From NCBI GenBank assembly GCA_964057225.1, contig OZ059897.1:20274001-20338000 (forward strand): a stretch of 64,000 bases of DNA. The letters run 5' to 3'. Shown here piece by piece: positions 40,801-54,900 of the stretch (its first letter is position 1; each line of letters begins with the position of its first letter). The notes below the pieces were generated by a model. That model did not search any database and was not told where the DNA came from. It saw only the letters and a list, made by a program, of their open reading frames with translations. The translations under genes and the position numbers were made by a program. The DNA comes from Auanema rhodensis. Its lineage: Eukaryota > Animalia > Nematoda.

Positions 40801-43800
40801 GATATCTCGGTGCATTTTTAAGCTAGCGCAAATCTGATAACACAGATCGACGCAGCTTAAAAATCCGCATCGAATGCACTATACTACATGGAAGAACGCT
40901 TAATACAAAAATTAGTTATGATCGTTTGAAAAATGATGCATTAGTGTATGTTGAGTTTCCATGTACACTCAACATTGCTTCCAAAAAGATTTTGACAAAA
41001 ATTTTTTCGAAAAATTTCAAAATAATTTAGCAAAAAGTAGATGTTTTTAGATTCCTTTTTTCAAGGCAAAGACGATGGACAATGTTATTCAACGAAAAAA
41101 TTATTTCTTCAGGGTGAAAATCGAGGATATAAGTGTGAACTTATATCAGTTGATATCTCGGTGCATTTTTAAGCTAGCGCAAATCTGATAACACAGATCG
41201 ACGCAGCTTAAAAATCCGCATCGAATGCACTATACTACATTGAGAAACGCTTAATACAAAAATTAGTTATGATCGTTTGAAAAATGATGCATTAGTGTAT
41301 GTTGAGTTTCCATGTACACTCAACATTGCTTCCGAAAACATTTTGACAAAAATTTTTTCGAAAAATTTCAAAATAATTTAGCAAAAAGTAGATGTTTTTA
41401 GATTCCTTTTTTTAAGGCAAAGACGATGGACGATGTTATTCAACGAAAAAATTAATTCTTCAGGGTGAAAATCGAGGATATAAGTGTGAACTTATATCAG
41501 TTGATATCTCGGTGCATTTTTAAGCTAGCGCAAATCTGATAACACAGATCGACGCAGCTTAAAAATCCGCATCGAATGCACTATACTACATTGAGAAACG
41601 CTTAATACAAAAATTAGTTATGATCGTTTGAAAAATGATGCATTAGTGTATGTTGAGTTTCCATGTACACTCAACATTGCTTCCGAAAACATTTTGACAA
41701 AAATTTTTTCGAAAAATTTCAAAATAATTTAGCAAAAAGTAGATGTTTTTAGATTCCTTTTTTTAAGGCAAAGACGATGGACGATGTTATTCAACGAAAA
41801 AATTAATTCTTCAGGGTGAAAATCGAGGATATAAGTGTGAACTTATATCAGTTGATATCTCGGTGCATTTTTAAGCTAGCGCAAATCTGATAACACAGAT
41901 CGACGCAGCTTAAAAATCCGCATCGAATGCACTATACTACATGGAAGAATGCTTAATACAAAAATTAGTTATGATCGTTTGAAAAATGATGCATTAGTGT
42001 ATGTTGAGTTTCCATGTACACTCAACATTGCTTCCAAAAACATTTTGACAAAAATTTTTTCGAAAAATTTCAAGATAATTTAGCAAAAAGTAGATGTTTT
42101 TAGATTCCTTTTTTCAAGGCAAAGACGATGGACAATGTTATTCAACGAAAAAATTATTTCTTCAGGGTGAAAATCGAGGATATAAGTGTGAACTTATATC
42201 AGTTGATATCTCGGTGCATTTTTAAGCTAGCGCAAATCTGATAACACAGATCGACGCAGCTTAAAAATCCGCATCGAATGCACTATACTACATTGAGAAA
42301 CGCTTAATACAAAAATTAGTTATGATCGTTTGAAAAATGATGCATTAGTGTATGTTGAGTTTCCATGTACACTCAACATTGCTTCCAAAAACATTTTGAC
42401 AAAAATTTTTTCGAAAAATTTCAAAATAATTTAGCAAAAAGTAGATGTTTTTAGATTCCTTTTTTTAAGGCAAAGACGATGGACGATGTTATTCAACGAA
42501 AAAATTAATTCTTCAGGGTGAAAATCGAGGATATAAGTGTGAACTTATATCAGTTGATATCTCGGTGCATTTTTAAGCTAGCGCAAATCTGATAACACAG
42601 ATCGACGCAGCTTAAAAATCCGCATCGAATGCACTATACTACATGGAAGAACGCTTAATACAAAAATTAGTTATGATCGTTTGAAAAATGATGCATTAGT
42701 GTATGTTGAGTTTCCATGTACACTCAACATTGCTTCCAAAAAGATTTTGACAAAAATTTTTTCGAAAAATTTCAAAATAATTTAGCAAAAAGTAGATGTT
42801 TTTAGATTCCTTTTTTCAAGGCAAAGACGATGGACAATGTTATTCAACGAAAAAATTATTTCTTCAGGGTGAAAATCGAGGATATAAGTGTGAACTTATA
42901 TCAGTTGATATCTCGGTGCATTTTTAAGCTAGCGCAAATCTGATAACACAGATCGACGCAGCTTAAAAATCCGCATCGAATGCACTATACTACATTGAGA
43001 AACGCTTAATACAAAAATTAGTTATGATCGTTTGAAAAATGATGCATTAGTGTATGTTGAGTTTCCATGTACACTCAACATTGCTTCCGAAAACATTTTG
43101 ACAAAAATTTTTTCGAAAAATTTCAAAATAATTTAGCAAAAAGTAGATGTTTTTAGATTCCTTTTTTCAAGGCGAAGACGATGGACAATGTTATTCAACG
43201 AAAAAATTAATTCTTCAGGGTGAAAATCGAGGATATAAGTGTGAACTTATATCAGTTGATATCTCGGTACATTTTTAAGCTAGCGCAAATCTGATAACAC
43301 AGATCGACGCAGCTTAAAAATCCGCATCGAATGCACTATACTACATGGAAGAACGCTTAATACAAAAATTAGTTATGATCGTTTGAAAAATGATGCATTA
43401 GTGTATGTTGAGTTTCCATGTACACTCAACATTGCTTCCAAAAACATTTTGACAAAAATTTTTTCGAAAAATTTCAAAATAATTTAGCAAAAAGTAGATG
43501 TTTTTAGATTCCTTTTTTCAAGGCAAAGACGATGGACAATGTTATTTAACGAAAAAATTAATTCTTCAGGGTGAAAATCGAGGATAAAAGTGTGAACTTA
43601 TATCAGTTGATATCTCGGTGCATTTTTAAGCTAGCGCAAATCTGATAACACAGATCGACGCAGCTTAAAAATCCGCATCGAATGCACTATACTACATGGA
43701 AGAACGCTTAATACAAAAATTAGTTATGATCGTTTGAAAAATGATGCATTAGTGTATTTTGAGTTTCCATGTACACTCAACATTGCTTCCAAAAACATTT

Positions 43801-45975
43801 TGACAAAAATTTTTTCGAAAAATTTCAAAATAATTTAGCAAAAAGTAGATGTTTTTAGATTCCTTTTTTCAAGGCAAAGACGATGGACGATGTTATTCAA
43901 CGAAAAAATTAATTCTTCAGGGTGAAAATCGAGGATATAAGTGTGAACTTATATCAGTTGATATCTCGGTGCATTTTTAAGCTAGCGCAAATCTGATAAC
44001 ACAGATCGACGCAGCTTAAAAATCCGCATCGAATGCACTATACTACATTAAGAAACGCTTAATACAAAAATTAGTTATGATCGTTTGAAAAATGATGCAT
44101 TAGTGTATGTTGAGTTTCCATGTACACTCAACATTGCTTCCAAAAACATTTTGACAAAAATTTTTTCGAAAAATTTCAAAATAATTTAGCAAAAAGTAGA
44201 TGTTTTTAGATTCCTTTTTTTAAGGCAAAGACGATGGACGATGTTATTCAACGAAAAAATTAATTCTTCAGGGTGAAAATCGAGGATATAAGTGTGAACT
44301 TATATCAGTTGATATCTCGGTGCATTTTTAAGCTAGCGCAAATCTGATAACACAGATCGACGCAGCTTAAAAATCCGCATCGAATGCACTATACTACATG
44401 GAAGAACGCTTAATACAAAAATTAGTTATGATCGTTTGAAAAATGATGCATTAGTGTATTTTGAGTTTCCATGTACACTCAACATTGCTTCCAAAAACAT
44501 TTTGACAAAAATTTTTTCAAAAATTTCAAAATAATTTAGCAAAAAGTAGATGTTTTTAGATTCCTTTTTTCAAGGCAAAGACGATGGACAATGTTATTCA
44601 ACGAAAAAATTATTTCTTCAGGGTGAAAATCGAGGATAAAAGTGTAAACTTATATCAGTTGATATCTCGGTGCATTTTTAAGCTAGCGCAAATCTGATAA
44701 CACAGATCGACGCAGCTTAAAAATCCGCATCGAATGCACTATACTACATTAAGAAACGCTTAATACAAAAATTAGTTATGATCGTTTGAAAAATGATGCA
44801 TTAGTGTATGTTGAGTTTCCATGTACACTCAACATTGCTTCCAAAAACATTTTGACAAAAATTTTTTCGAAAATTTTCAAAATAATTTAGCAAAAAGTAG
44901 ATGTTTTTAGATTCCTTTTTTCAAGGCAAAGACGATGGACGATGTTATTCAACGAAAAAATTAATTCTTCAGGGTGAAAATCGAGGATATAAGTGTGAAC
45001 TTATATCAGTTGATATCTCGGTGCATTTTTAAGCTAGCGCAAATCTGATAACACAGATCGACGCAGCTTAAAAATCCGCATCGAATGCACTATACTACAT
45101 TGAGAAACGCTTAATACAAAAATTAGTTATGATCGTTTGAAAAATGATGCATTAGTGTATGTTGAGTTTCCATGTACACTCAACATTGCTTCCAAAAACA
45201 TTTTGACAAAAATTTTTTCGAAAAATTTCAAAATAATTTAGCAAAAAGTAGATGTTTTTAGATTCCTTTTTTCAAGGCAAAGACGATGGACGATGTTATT
45301 CAACGAAAAAATTAATTCTTCAGGGTGAAAATCGAGGATATAAGTGTGAACTTATATCAGTTGATATCTCGGTGCATTTCTAAGCTAGCGCAAATCTGAT
45401 AACACAGATCGACGCAGCTTAAAAATCCGCATCGAATGCACTATACTACATGGAAGAACGCTTAATACAAAAATTAGTTATGATCGTTTGAAAAATGATG
45501 CATTAGTGTATGTTGAGTTTCCATGTACACTCAACATTGCTTCCAAAAACATTTTGACAAAAATTTTTTCGAAAAATTTCAAAATAATTTAGCAAAAAGT
45601 AGATGTTTTTAGATTCCTTTTTTTAAGGCAAAGACGATGGACGATGTTATTCAACGAAAAAATTAATTCTTCAGGGTGAAAATCGAGGATATAAGTGTGA
45701 ACTTATATCAGTTGATATCTCGGTGCATTTTTAAGCTAGCGCAAATCTGATAACACAGATCGACGCAGCTTAAAAATCCGCATCGAATGCACTATACTAC
45801 ATGGAAGAACGCTTAATACAAAAATTAGTTATGATCGTTTGAAAAATGATGCATTAGTGTATGTTGAGTTTCCATGTACACTCAACATTGCTTCCAAAAA
45901 CATTTTGACAAAAATTTTTTCGAAAAATTTCAAAATAATTTAGCAAAAAGTAGATGTTTTTAGATTTCTTTTTTC

Positions 45976-48900
45976 AAGGCAAAGACGATGGACAATGTTA
46001 TTCAACGAAAAAATTAATTCTTCAGGGTGAAAATCGAGGATATAAGTGTGAACTTATATCAGTTGATATCTCGGTGCATTTTTAAGCTAGCGCAAATCTG
46101 ATAACACAGATCGACGCAGCTTAAAAATCCGCATCGAATGCACTATACTACATTGAGAAACGCTTAATACAAAAATTAGTTATGATCGTTTGAAAAATGA
46201 TGCATTAGTGTATGTTGAGTTTCCATGTACACTCAACATTGCTTCCAAAAACATTTTGACAAAAATTTTTTCGAAAAATTTCAAAATAATTTAGCAAAAA
46301 GTAGATGTTTTTAGATTCCTTTTTTCAAGGCAAAGACGATGGACGATGTTATTCAACGAAAAAATTAATTCTTCAGGGTGAAAATCGAGGATATAAGTGT
46401 GAACTTATATCAGTTGATATCTCGGTGCATTTTTAAGCTAGCGCAAATCTGATAACACAGATCGACGCAGCTTAAAAATCCGCATCGAATGCACTATACT
46501 ACATGGAAGAACGCTTAATACAAAAATTAGTTATGATCGTTTGAAAAATGATGCATTAGTGTATGTTGAGTTTCCATGTACACTCAACATTGCTTCCAAA
46601 AACATTTTGACAAAAATTTTTTCGAAAAATTTCAAAATAATTAAGCAAAAAGTAGATGTTTTTAGATTCCTTTTTTCAAGGCAAAGACGATGGACAATGT
46701 TATTCAACGAAAAAATTAATTCTTCAGGGTGAAAATCGAGGATATAAGTGTGAACTTATATCAGTTGATATCTCGGTACATTTTTAAGCTAGCGCAAATC
46801 TGATAACACAGATCGACGCAGCTTAAAAATCCGCATCGAATGCACTATACTACATGGAAGAACGCTTAATACAAAAATTAGTTATGATCGTTTGAAAAAT
46901 GATGCATTAGTGTATGTTGAGTTTCCATGTACACTCAACATTGCTTCCAAAAACATTTTGACAAAAATTTTTTCGAAAAATTTCAAAATAATTTAGCAAA
47001 AAGTAGATGTTTTTAGATTTCTTTTTTCAAGGCAAAGACGATGGACAATGTTATTCAACGAAAAAATTAATTCTTCAGGGTGAAAATCGAGGATATAAGT
47101 GTGAACTTATATCAGTTGATATCTCGGTGCATTTTTAAGCTAGCGCAAATCTGATAACACAGATCGACGCAGCTCAAAAATCCGTACGAATGCACTATAC
47201 TACATTGAGAAACGCTTAATACAAAAATTAGTTAAGATCGTTTGAAAAATGATGCATTAGTGTATGTTGAGTTTCCATGTACACTCAACATTGCTTCCAA
47301 AAACATTTTGACAAAAATTTTTTCGAAAAATTTCAAAATAATTAAGCAAAAAGTAGATGTTTTTAGATTCCTTTTTTCAAGGCAAAGACGATGGACAATG
47401 TTATTCAACGAAAAAATTAATTCTTCAGGGTGAAAATCGAGGATATAAGTGTGAACTTATATCAGTTGATATCTCGGTACATTTTTAAGCTAGCGCAAAT
47501 CTGATAACACAGATCGACGCAGCTTAAAAATCCGCATCGAATGCACTATACTACATGGAAGAACGCTTAATACAAAAATTAGTTATGATCGTTTGAAAAA
47601 TGATGCATTAGTGTATGTTGAGTTTCCATGTACACTCAACATTGCTTCCAAAAACATTTTGACAAAAATTTTTTCGAAAAATTTCAAAATAATTTAGCAA
47701 AAAGTAGATGTTTTTAGATTTCTTTTTTCAAGGCAAAGACGATGGACAATGTTATTCAACGAAAAAATTAATTCTTCAGGGTGAAAATCGAGGATATAAG
47801 TGTGAACTTATATCAGTTGATATCTCGGTGCATTTTTAAGCTAGCGCAAATCTGATAACACAGATCGACGCAGCTTAAAAATCCGCATCGAATGCACTAT
47901 ACTACATTGAGAAACGCTTAATACAAAAATTAGTTATGATCGTTTGAAAAATGATGCATTAGTGTATGTTGAGTTTCCATGTACACTCAACATTGCTTCC
48001 AAAAACATTTTGACAAAAATTTTTTCGAAAAATTTCAAAATAATTTAGCAAAAAGTAGATGTTTTTAGATTCCTTTTTTCAAGGCAAAGACGATGGACGA
48101 TGTTATTCAACGAAAAAATTAATTCTTCAGGGTGAAAATCGAGGATATAAGTGTGAACTTATATCAGTTGATATCTCGGTGCATTTTTAAGCTAGCGCAA
48201 ATCTGATAACACAGATCGACGCAGCTTAAAAATCCGCATCGAATGCACTATACTACATTGAGAAACGCTTAATACAAAAATTAGTTATGATCGTTTGAAA
48301 AATGATGCATTAGTGTATGTTGAGTTTCCATGTACACTCAACATTGCTTCCAAAAAGATTTTGACAAAAATTTTTTCGAAAAATTTCAAAATAATTTAGC
48401 GAAAAGTAGATGTTTTTAGATTCCTTTTCTCAAGGCAAAGACGATGGACAATGTTATTCAACGAAAAAATTATTTCTTCAGGGTGAAAATCGAGGATATA
48501 AGTGTGAACTTATATCAGTTGATATCTCGGTGCATTTTTAAGCTAGCGCAAATCTGATAACACAGATCGACGCAGCTTAAAAATCCGCATCGAATGCACT
48601 ATACTACATTGAGAAACGCTTAATACAAAAATTAGTTATGATCGTTTGAAAAATGATGCATTAGTGTATGTTGAGTTTCCATGTACACTCAACATTGCTT
48701 CCAAAAACATTTTGACAAAAATTTTTTCGAAAAATTTCAAAATAATTTAGCAAAAAGTAGATGTTTTTAGATTCCTTTTTTCAAGGCAAAGACGATGGAC
48801 GATGTTATTCAACGAAAAAATTAATTCTTCAGGGTGAAAATCGAGGATATAAGTGTGAACTTATATCAGTTGATATCTCGGTGCATTTTTAAGCTAGCGC

Positions 48901-51900
48901 AAATCTGATAACACAGATCGACGCAGCTCAAAAATCCGTACGAATGCACTATACTATATTGAGAAACGCTTAATACAAAAATTAGTTATGATCGTTTGAA
49001 AAATGATGCATTAGTGTATGTTGAGTTTCCATGTACACTCAACATTGCTTCCAAAAACATTTTGACAAAAATTTTTTCGAAAAATTTCAAAATAATTAAG
49101 CAAAAAGTAGATGTTTTTAGATTCCTTTTTTCAAGGCAAAGACGATGGACAATGTTATTCAACGAAAAAATTAATTCTTCAGGGTGAAAATCGAGGATAT
49201 AAGTGTGAACTTATATCAGTTGATATCTCGGTACATTTTTAAGCTAGCGCAAATCTGATAACACAGATCGACGCAGCTTAAAAATCCGCATCGAATGCAC
49301 TATACTACATGGAAGAACGCTTAATACAAAAATTAGTTATGATCGTTTGAAAAATGATGCATTAGTGTATGTTGAGTTTCCATGTACACTCAACATTGCT
49401 TCCAAAAACATTTTGACAAAAATTTTTTCGAAAAATTTCAAAATAATTTAGCAAAAAGTAGATGTTTTTAGATTTCTTTTTTCAAGGCAAAGACGATGGA
49501 CAATGTTATTCAACGAAAAAATTAATTCTTCAGGGTGAAAATCGAGGATATAAGTGTGAACTTATATCAGTTGATATCTCGGTGCATTTTTAAGCTAGCG
49601 CAAATCTGATAACACAGATCGACGCAGCTCAAAAATCCGTACGAATGCACTATACTACATTGAGAAACGCTTAATACAAAAATTAGTTAAGATCGTTTGA
49701 AAAATGATGCATTAGTGTATGTTGAGTTTCCATGTACACTCAACATTGCTTCCAAAAACATTTTGACAAAAATTTTTTCGAAAAATTTCAAAATAATTAA
49801 GCAAAAAGTAGATGTTTTTAGATTCCTTTTTTCAAGGCAAAGACGATGGACAATGTTATTCAACGAAAAAATTAATTCTTCAGGGTGAAAATCGAGGATA
49901 TAAGTGTGAACTTATATCAGTTGATATCTCGGTACATTTTTAAGCTAGCGCAAATCTGATAACACAGATCGACGCAGCTTAAAAATCCGCATCGAATGCA
50001 CTATACTACATGGAAGAACGCTTAATACAAAAATTAGTTATGATCGTTTGAAAAATGATGCATTAGTGTATGTTGAGTTTCCATGTACACTCAACATTGC
50101 TTCCAAAAACATTTTGACAAAAATTTTTTCGAAAAATTTCAAAATAATTTAGCAAAAAGTAGATGTTTTTAGATTTCTTTTTTCAAGGCAAAGACGATGG
50201 ACAATGTTATTCAACGAAAAAATTATTTCTTCAGGGTGAAAATCGAGGATATAAGTGTAAACTTATATCAGTTGATATCTCGGTGCATTTTTAAGCTAGC
50301 GCAAATCTGATAACACAGATCGACGCAGCTTAAAAATCCGCATCGAATGCACTATACTACATTGAGAAACGCTTAATACAAAAATTAGTTATGATCGTTT
50401 GAAAAATGATGCATTAGTGTATGTTGAGTTTCCATGTACACTCAACATTGCTTCCAAAAAGATTTTGACAAAAATTTTTTCGAAAAATTTCAAAATAATT
50501 TAGCGAAAAGTAGATGTTTTTAGATTCCTTTTTTCAAGGCAAAGACGATGGACAATGTTATTCAACGAAAAAATTATTTCTTCAGGGTGAAAATCGAGGA
50601 TATAAGTGTGAACTTATATCAGTTGATATCTCGGTGCATTTTTAAGCTAGCGCAAATCTGATAACACAGATCGACGCAGCTTAAAAATCCGCATCGAATG
50701 CACTATACTACATTGAGAAACGCTTAATACAAAAATTAGTTATGATCGTTTGAAAAATGATGCATTAGTGTATGTTGAGTTTCCATGTACACTCAACATT
50801 GCTTCCAAAAACATTTTGACAAAAATTTTTTCGAAAAATTTCAAAATAATTTAGCAAAAAGTAGATGTTTTTAGATTTCTTTTTTCAAGGCAAAGACGAT
50901 GGACAATGTTATTCAACGAAAAAATTAATTCTTCAGGGTGAAAATCGAGGATATAAGTGTGAACTTATATCAGTTGATATCTCGGTGCATTTTTAAGCTA
51001 GCGCAAATCTGATAACACAGATCGACGCAGCTCAAAAATCCGTACGAATGCACTATACTACATTGAGAAACGCTTAATACAAAAATTAGTTAAGATCGTT
51101 TGAAAAATGATGCATTAGTGTATGTTGAGTTTCCATGTACACTCAACATTGCTTCCAAAAACATTTTGACAAAAATTTTTTCGAAAAATTTCAAAATAAT
51201 TAAGCAAAAAGTAGATGTTTTTAGATTCCTTTTTTCAAGGCAAAGACGATGGACAATGTTATTCAACGAAAAAATTAATTCTTCAGGGTGAAAATCGAGG
51301 ATATAAGTGTGAACTTATATCAGTTGATATCTCGGTACATTTTTAAGCTAGCGCAAATCTGATAACACAGATCGACGCAGCTTAAAAATCCGCATCGAAT
51401 GCACTATACTACATGGAAGAACGCTTAATACAAAAATTAGTTATGATCGTTTGAAAAATGATGCATTAGTGTATGTTGAGTTTCCATGTACACTCAACAT
51501 TGCTTCCAAAAACATTTTGACAAAAATTTTTTCGAAAAATTTCAAAATAATTTAGCAAAAAGTAGATGTTTTTAGATTTCTTTTTTCAAGGCAAAGACGA
51601 TGGACAATGTTATTCAACGAAAAAATTATTTCTTCAGGGTGAAAATCGAGGATATAAGTGTAAACTTATATCAGTTGATATCTCGGTGCATTTTTAAGCT
51701 AGCGCAAATCTGATAACACAGATCGACGCAGCTTAAAAATCCGCATCGAATGCACTATACTACATTGAGAAACGCTTAATACAAAAATTAGTTATGATCG
51801 TTTGAAAAATGATGCATTAGTGTATGTTGAGTTTCCATGTACACTCAACATTGCTTCCAAAAAGATTTTGACAAAAATTTTTTCGAAAAATTTCAAAATA

Positions 51901-54900
51901 ATTTAGCGAAAAGTAGATGTTTTTAGATTCCTTTTTTCAAGGCAAAGACGATGGACAATGTTATTCAACGAAAAAATTATTTCTTCAGGGTGAAAATCGA
52001 GGATATAAGTGTGAACTTATATCAGTTGATATCTCGGTGCATTTTTAAGCTAGCGCAAATCTGATAACACAGATCGACGCAGCTTAAAAATCCGCATCGA
52101 ATGCACTATACTACATTGAGAAACGCTTAATACAAAAATTAGTTATGATCGTTTGAAAAATGATGCATTAGTGTATGTTGAGTTTCCATGTACACTCAAC
52201 ATTGCTTCCAAAAACATTTTGACAAAAATTTTTTCGAAAAATTTCAAAATAATTTAGCAAAAAGTAGATGTTTTTAGATTCCTTTTTTCAAGGCAAAGAC
52301 GATGGACGATGTTATTCAACGAAAAAATTAATTCTTCAGGGTGAAAATCGAGGATATAAGTGTGAACTTATATCAGTTGATATCTCGGTGCATTTTTAAG
52401 CTAGCGCAAATCTGATAACACAGATCGACGCAGCTCAAAAATCCGTACGAATGCACTATACTATATTGAGAAACGCTTAATACAAAAATTAGTTATGATC
52501 GTTTGAAAAATGATGCATTAGTGTATGTTGAGTTTCCATGTACACTCAACATTGCTTCCAAAAACATTTTGACAAAAATTTTTTCGAAAAATTTCAAAAT
52601 AATTAAGCAAAAAGTAGATGTTTTTAGATTCCTTTTTTCAAGGCAAAGACGATGGACAATGTTATTCAACGAAAAAATTAATTCTTCAGGGTGAAAATCG
52701 AGGATATAAGTGTGAACTTATATCAGTTGATATCTCGGTACATTTTTAAGCTAGCGCAAATCTGATAACACAGATCGACGCAGCTTAAAAATCCGCATCG
52801 AATGCACTATACTACATGGAAGAACGCTTAATACAAAAATTAGTTATGATCGTTTGAAAAATGATGCATTAGTGTATGTTGAGTTTCCATGTACACTCAA
52901 CATTGCTTCCAAAAACATTTTGACAAAAATTTTTTCGAAAAATTTCAAAATAATTTAGCAAAAAGTAGATGTTTTTAGATTTCTTTTTTCAAGGCAAAGA
53001 CGATGGACAATGTTATTCAACGAAAAAATTAATTCTTCAGGGTGAAAATCGAGGATATAAGTGTGAACTTATATCAGTTGATATCTCGGTGCATTTTTAA
53101 GCTAGCGCAAATCTGATAACACAGATCGACGCAGCTCAAAAATCCGTACGAATGCACTATACTACATTGAGAAACGCTTAATACAAAAATTAGTTAAGAT
53201 CGTTTGAAAAATGATGCATTAGTGTATGTTGAGTTTCCATGTACACTCAACATTGCTTCCAAAAACATTTTGACAAAAATTTTTTCGAAAAATTTCAAAA
53301 TAATTAAGCAAAAAGTAGATGTTTTTAGATTCCTTTTTTCAAGGCAAAGACGATGGACAATGTTATTCAACGAAAAAATTAATTCTTCAGGGTGAAAATC
53401 GAGGATATAAGTGTGAACTTATATCAGTTGATATCTCGGTACATTTTTAAGCTAGCGCAAATCTGATAACACAGATCGACGCAGCTTAAAAATCCGCATC
53501 GAATGCACTATACTACATGGAAGAACGCTTAATACAAAAATTAGTTATGATCGTTTGAAAAATGATGCATTAGTGTATGTTGAGTTTCCATGTACACTCA
53601 ACATTGCTTCCAAAAACATTTTGACAAAAATTTTTTCGAAAAATTTCAAAATAATTTAGCAAAAAGTAGATGTTTTTAGATTTCTTTTTTCAAGGCAAAG
53701 ACGATGGACAATGTTATTCAACGAAAAAATTATTTCTTCAGGGTGAAAATCGAGGATATAAGTGTAAACTTATATCAGTTGATATCTCGGTGCATTTTTA
53801 AGCTAGCGCAAATCTGATAACACAGATCGACGCAGCTTAAAAATCCGCATCGAATGCACTATACTACATTGAGAAACGCTTAATACAAAAATTAGTTATG
53901 ATCGTTTGAAAAATGATGCATTAGTGTATGTTGAGTTTCCATGTACACTCAACATTGCTTCCAAAAAGATTTTGACAAAAATTTTTTCGAAAAATTTCAA
54001 AATAATTTAGCGAAAAGTAGATGTTTTTAGATTCCTTTTTTCAAGGCAAAGACGATGGACAATGTTATTCAACGAAAAAATTATTTCTTCAGGGTGAAAA
54101 TCGAGGATATAAGTGTGAACTTATATCAGTTGATATCTCGGTGCATTTTTAAGCTAGCGCAAATCTGATAACACAGATCGACGCAGCTTAAAAATCCGCA
54201 TCGAATGCACTATACTACATTGAGAAACGCTTAATACAAAAATTAGTTATGATCGTTTGAAAAATGATGCATTAGTGTATGTTGAGTTTCCATGTACACT
54301 CAACATTGCTTCCGAAAACATTTTGACAAAAATTTTTTCGAAAAATTTCAAAATAATTTAGCAAAAAGTAGATGTTTTTAGATTCCTTTTTTCAAGGCGA
54401 AGACGATGGACAATGTTATTCAACGAAAAAATTAATTCTTCAGGGTGAAAATCGAGGATATAAGTGTGAACTTATATCAGTTGATATCTCGGTACATTTT
54501 TAAGCTAGCGCAAATCTGATAACACAGATCGACGCAGCTTAAAAATCCGCATCGAATGCACTATACTACATGGAAGAACGCTTAATACAAAAATTAGTTA
54601 TGATCGTTTGAAAAATGATGCATTAGTGTATGTTGAGTTTCCATGTACACTCAACATTGCTTCCAAAAACATTTTGACAAAAATTTTTTCGAAAAATTTC
54701 AAAATAATTTAGCAAAAAGTAGATGTTTTTAGATTCCTTTTTTCAAGGCAAAGACGATGGACGATGTTATTCAACGAAAAAATTAATTCTTCAGGGTGAA
54801 AATCGAGGATATAAGTGTGAACTTATATCAGTTGATATCTCGGTGCATTTTTAAGCTAGCGCAAATCTGATAACACAGATCGACGCAGCTTAAAAATCCG

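Noticed and set aside
25960-44525. Singleton indels (+T near 25970, -G near 44519)
   Set aside because: Each is seen once, in or next to homopolymer runs, and cannot be distinguished from consensus error.
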